Assembly (NCBI GenBank): GCA_002269645.1
Contig: NIVC01001729.1
Location: 1-55,383, forward strand
DNA: 55,383 bases
Direction: 5' to 3'
Origin: Macrostomum lignano
Taxonomy: Eukaryota
Under the pieces are notes generated by a model. It saw only the letters and a list, made by a program, of their open reading frames with translations, did no database searches and had not been told where the DNA came from. A program made the translations under genes and the position numbers. Numbering within the stretch: the stretch's first letter is position 1; each line of letters starts with the position of its first letter. Positions 50,901 through 55,383 of the stretch are shown one piece after another.

Positions 50901-53900
50901 GATCCTAGATCCCAGATCCTAGATCCCAGATCCTAGATCCCAGATCCTAGATCCCAGATCCTAGATCCCAGATCCTAGATCCCAGATCCTAGATCCCAGA
51001 TCCTAGATCCCAGATCCTAGATCCCAGATCCTAGATCCTAGATCCCAGATCCTAGATCCCAGATCCTAGATCCCAGATCCTAGATCCCAGATCCTAGATC
51101 CCAGATCCTAGATCCCAGATCCTAGATCCCAGATCCTAGATCCCAGATCCTAGATCCCAGATCCTAGATCCCAGATCCTAGATCCCAGATCCTAGATCCC
51201 AGATCCTAGATCCCAGATCCTAGATCCCAGATCCTAGATCCCAGATCCTAGATCCCAGATCCTAGATCCCAGATCCTAGATCCCAGATCCTAGATCCCAG
51301 ATCCTAGATCCCAGATCCTAGATCCCAGGTCCTAGATCTGAAATCCTAAATCCCAAATCCTAAATTAAAAATGCCAGTTTCTGGACAATAACGGACCCAA
51401 TATCCCAGATCCCCAAACCGCAGCCCGCAACGCCAACCTGCAGCAGTACGCCCCGGCAGTGCCGGTAGGCGTTGGGCTTAGACGAATCCCAAAGTCGCCG
51501 GTACTTCCAGTTGACGCCACTGGCCGCAGTCGGGTTGACGGAGGCGGTCGCCAGCTGCTGCTGCTGCTGTGCTGGCGAGGGTCGCTGGCTGACGCTGAGC
51601 AGGCGGCTGCTCAGACTGCGTGCCGGGGCGGGAGCCACGCAGCGGGCGCAACCGGGACAAGCCGGCGTCCAGTCAATGACGCAGCCGACTGGGACGGCGG
51701 CAGCGGCCGAAGGCGAGGCGGTCTCGGCCAGCCAGTGCAGACAGCGCTGCGCCACTGTAGGCAGGTTGCGCCGAATGGCCGAGGCTTCGGTGGCGCGCTC
51801 GCGCTGTCTAAGACTGGACCTGCCATTGAGTTAATCCACAGTGTACAAATCCTTATTTATTTTTAAATCCAAAACTCCTAATACGCTCGTACCAATAATT
51901 GTCCATCTTTCAGTTCCCATTGTAAAATCCCAATATCCGAATCTCCAAGCTCAAATCCCAATATCCGAATCTCCAAGCTCAAATCCCAATTTCCGAATCT
52001 CCAAGCTCAAATCCCAATATCCGAATCTCCAAGCTCAAATCCCAATATCCGAATCTCCAAGCACAAATCCCAATATCCGAATCTCCAAGCTCAAATCCCA
52101 ATATCCGAATCTCCAAGCTCAAATCCCAATATCCGAATCCCCAAGCTCAAATCCCAATATCCCAATCTCCAAGCTCAAATCCCAATATCCGAATCTCTAA
52201 GCTCAAATCCCAATATCCGAATCCCCATTCTGAAATCCCAATATCCGAATCCTCATTTCCAAATCCCAAAATCCGATTCCCCATTTTAATATCTTAATAT
52301 CTGAATCCCATTCTAAAATCCCAAAAAATTAAAATCCCAATTCTTAAATCCCAATATCCGATTCCCCATTCTCAGATGCCAATATCCAAATCTCCATTCT
52401 GAAATCCCAATATCAGATCCCCCATTCTTAAATCCCAATATCCAAATCCCCATTCTCAAATCCCAATAACCGAATTCTAATTCTAAAATCACAATATCTA
52501 AATCCCATTATCAAATCCCAATATCCAAATCCCCATTATCAAATCCCAATATCCAAATCCCCATTCTCAAATGCCAATATCCAAATCCCCATTCTCAAAT
52601 GCCAATATCCAAATCCCCATTCTCAAATCCCAATATCTGAATTCCCATTCTCAAATTCCAATTTTTAACCTCTTATCTACGAGTGTAGGAATCTTAATAC
52701 GCTGCATATGCAATAAATATGGCCAAAACGCACCACTCGAGCGCGGTCAGGCAGTAGGTGTCCCTCGGCAGCTCAGAATCGCCCCCTAGTCTGACTCGAA
52801 CTCGCATGGGTCGAACAGCAGCTATTCGCTTAGTAGTTGTTGCAGTATTATTGAAATTTGCGGAAGTCGCCTGCAGCAGGGCTTCCACAGTCCGCCGGCA
52901 AGCCTCCGGCAGGCCTTCGGCGGGACTTGCGCCGCCGCCAACGCCAGTCGACACTGTCGACGTCGAATCGCTGCGCCGGCCAAGCGGAGCGGCGGCAACC
53001 GGCAGGCGAGCGGCAACTCGGCGAGAGTCTGGCCGGCGGAGCAGACCGTGACCGCCTGCATCAGGGTGCCATCGCCGCCTGCAACCAGCACAGCGTCAGT
53101 GCTGTTGAGGTCCAGCACCTCCATGAAGCCTTTGTTCTCGTCCTCCGCGTCGCCTTCAACTAGTTGCACCTGCAGCAGGCAGACGACAAGTGAATGATGG
53201 AGCACGGATTAAGGAATTCTGATTAGGAGATTTTCAATAGATCGCAATGTTTTTACCCCAAGTTTCCAGGAAATTGGAATCTTTGAGTTTCCAGGAAATT
53301 GGAATCTTTGAGTTTCCAGGAAATTGGAATCTTTGAGTTTCCAGGAAATTGGAATCTATAAGTTTCTAGGAAATTGGAATGTTTGAGTTTCTAGGAAATT
53401 GGAATCTCTGAGTTTCTAGGAAACTGAAATCTTTAACTTTCTAGGAAATGGAACCCCCACCCCATTTTCCACGAAATTGGAAGCTCTTGGTTTCTAGGAA
53501 ATTAGAACTTCGAGTTTCCAGGAAATTGGAATCTTTCAGTTTCCAGGAAATTGGAATCTTTGAGTTTCCAGGAAATTGGAATCTTTGAGTTTCCAGGAAA
53601 TTGGAATCTTTGAGTTTCCGGGAAATTGGAATCTCTAAGTTTGTAGGAAATTGGAATGTTTGAGTTTCTAGGAAATTGGAATCTCTGAGTTTCTAGGAAA
53701 CTGAAATCTTTAACTTTCTAGGAAATGGGAACCCCCACCCAATTTTCCACGAAATTGGAAGCTCTTGGTTTCTAGGAAATTAAAACTTCGAGCTTTCCAA
53801 GAAAAAATACTAAATTTCTAGGAAATTGGAATCATTTCTTAGTTTCTAGCAAATTTGAACCTCTGCGGCCTTTTCAGAAAATTTGAACCCGCACCTTAGA

Positions 53901-55325
53901 TATCTAGGAAATTATACTATTACAGACCTGGAATTCCTTAATGGAAATTAAAAGTCCAAAACTTTAGATATCAGACCGCTAACCCAAGAGCTCCCAGCCT
54001 ACCCAACCGCAGAGATCCCAGCCCTCCAACCCAAGAGATCCCAGCCCTCCAACACCAGAGATCCCAGCTTACCCAACCCAAGAGATCTCAGCCTACCCAA
54101 CCCAAGAGATCCCAGCCCTCCAACACCAGAGATCTCAGCCTACTTAACCCAAGAGATCTCAGCTCTCCAACCCCAAGAGATACCAGCCTACCCAACCCAA
54201 GAGATCTCAGCTCTCCAACCCAAGAGATCCCAGCCTACCCAACCCAAGAGATCCCAGCCTACCCAACCAAAAGATCCCAGCCCTCCAACCCCAGAGATCC
54301 CAGCCTACCCAACCCCAGAGATCCCTGCCTCCAACCCCAAGAGATGCCAGCCCTCCAACCGCAGAGATCCCAGCCTACCCACTCCAAAGATCCCAGCCCT
54401 CCAACCCAGAGATCTCATCCCTCGAAAACCAGAGATCCCAGCCCTCCAAAACCAGAGATCCCAGCCCTTCAACACCAGAGATCCAGTCCTCCAATACGAG
54501 AGATCCCAGCCTCCAACCCCAGAGATTTCAGCCTACCCAACCCAAAGATCCCAGCCTACCCAACCCCAAAGATCCCAGCCTACCCAACCCCAAAGATCCC
54601 AGTCCTCCAACTCCAGAGATCCCAGTCTCCAACCCCAGAGATCCCAGCCTACCCACTCCAAAGATCCCAGCCCTCCAACCCCAGAGATCTCATCCCTCGA
54701 ACACCAAAGATCCCAGCCCTCCAAAACCAGAGATCCAAGCCCTTCAACACCAGAGATCCCAGTCCTCCAATACGAGAGATCCCAGCCCTCCAACCCCAGA
54801 GATTTCAGCCTACCCAACCCCAAAGATCCCAGCCTACCCAACCCAAAGATCCCAGTCCTCCAACTCCAGAGATCCCAGTCCTCCAACCCCAGAGATCCCA
54901 GCCCTCCAACCCCAGAGATCCCAGTCCTCCAACTCCAGAGATCCCAGCCCTCCAACTCCAGAGATGAAAGTCCAACCTCAAAGCCAGCCAAATGCAGCAT
55001 AGGCGACAGAGCCTTCTCAAACAGGCGCTCTGAGCTGCCCTAGGATTAAACAGCACTGTAACCCGACGCGGCTGCTGTTGCTGCTGTGACTGCGGCCTAC
55101 GCTGGCCCGTCTGCTGCCACTGGCCGCTGACGGCGCATCGCCGAACGCCTTCGCCCATCGACAATGCTGGCGAAGTTCGGCTCGCTCCGCCTGCCGTGTG
55201 TAGAGCCAGTTGGCCAGCCACCCAGCCGCTAGGGCGGCCGCGCACTTCTTCGGGTTCTCGCGGATAACGCGTAGGATAGGCTGGAAAAATAAAATGCGCG
55301 AAAAACATCTGACTAGACTACTCAT
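47960..55325 (-). CDS. AGK: Acylglycerol kinase (mitochondrial), with three apparent frameshifts
   Basis: Exons ~55325-54977, 53169-52734, 51819-51438, 48277-47960. RENPKKCAAAL..WLY, RVTVLFNP, LFEKALSPMLHLAG, VLVAGGDGTL, LTALEW|SSLR and YFLDNELFDPVDVQVSL match the recalled AGK blocks. Frame changes at ~55120, ~55035 and 53046. Confidence 0.85.
48338..50476. mobile_element. Miniature non-autonomous Maverick/Polinton derivative (2139 bp)
   Basis: Termini AGTAGTAATAGAAAATTACG...CGTAATTTTCTATTACTACT; imperfect ~275-bp TIRs; 6-bp TSD CCTAGA (48332-48337 / 50477-50482); internal adenain-like ORF. Confidence 0.88.
49814..50146 (+). pseudogene. Adenovirus-type cysteine protease (adenain, peptidase C5-like) of Maverick origin, no ATG in frame
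   Basis: NTDTSNLPGRHW (His), EYFDTLG (Asp), AIQD (oxyanion Gln), GHCG (Cys). The frame is open upstream to a TAA at 49718 with no ATG. Confidence 0.8.
50477..51365 (+). repeat. 7-bp minisatellite (GATCCTA/GATCCCA)n
   Basis: Direct reading; begins at the Maverick right TSD. Confidence 0.96.
51925..52660 (+). repeat. 28-bp minisatellite (TCAAATCCCAATATCCGAATCTCCAAGC), decaying rightwards
   Basis: AGK intron 51820-52733. Confidence 0.9.
53262..53870 (+). repeat. 25-bp minisatellite (GGAAATTGGAATCTTTGAGTTTCCA)
   Basis: AGK intron 53170-54976. Confidence 0.9.
53990..54965 (+). repeat. ~23-bp minisatellite (AGAGATCCCAGCCCTCCAACCCC)
   Basis: Runs up to ~10 bp from the AGK exon-1 donor. Confidence 0.92.
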
Positions 55326-55383
55326 CTGCTATGAGGTCAGTAGCATGCATTCAATAAATACTGCTTAATTGAAATTTCACGGT

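Overview
Eukaryotic (animal) genomic DNA: AT-rich intergenic sequence, GC-rich exons, GT-AG introns, and introns filled with mini/microsatellites. The style resembles the flatworm Macrostomum, but that is an unverified inference. Five spliced genes can be reconstructed: a Treslin/TICRR-like gene (+, 5' end not found), NSF (-, 9 exons, intact, 747 aa), TADA3 (-, 3 exons), an ankyrin+SOCS-box protein (-, 2 exons) and acylglycerol kinase AGK (-, 4 exons, three apparent frameshifts). Mobile elements with target-site duplications (TSDs) visible in the sequence are: a 6.5-kb foldback element whose inverted arms are tandem 174-bp repeats, with a decayed RTE-like LINE at its symmetry axis; three copies of a palindromic ~170-180-bp MITE; a 4.9-kb element with ~520-bp TIRs; and a 2.1-kb mini-Maverick/Polinton (AGTAGT termini, 6-bp TSD) that keeps an adenain-type protease ORF. 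Most long ORFs in the supplied track are artefacts of tandem repeats. No rRNA, tRNA or CRISPR was found. Protein identifications rest on recalled human or family motifs, not on database searches.
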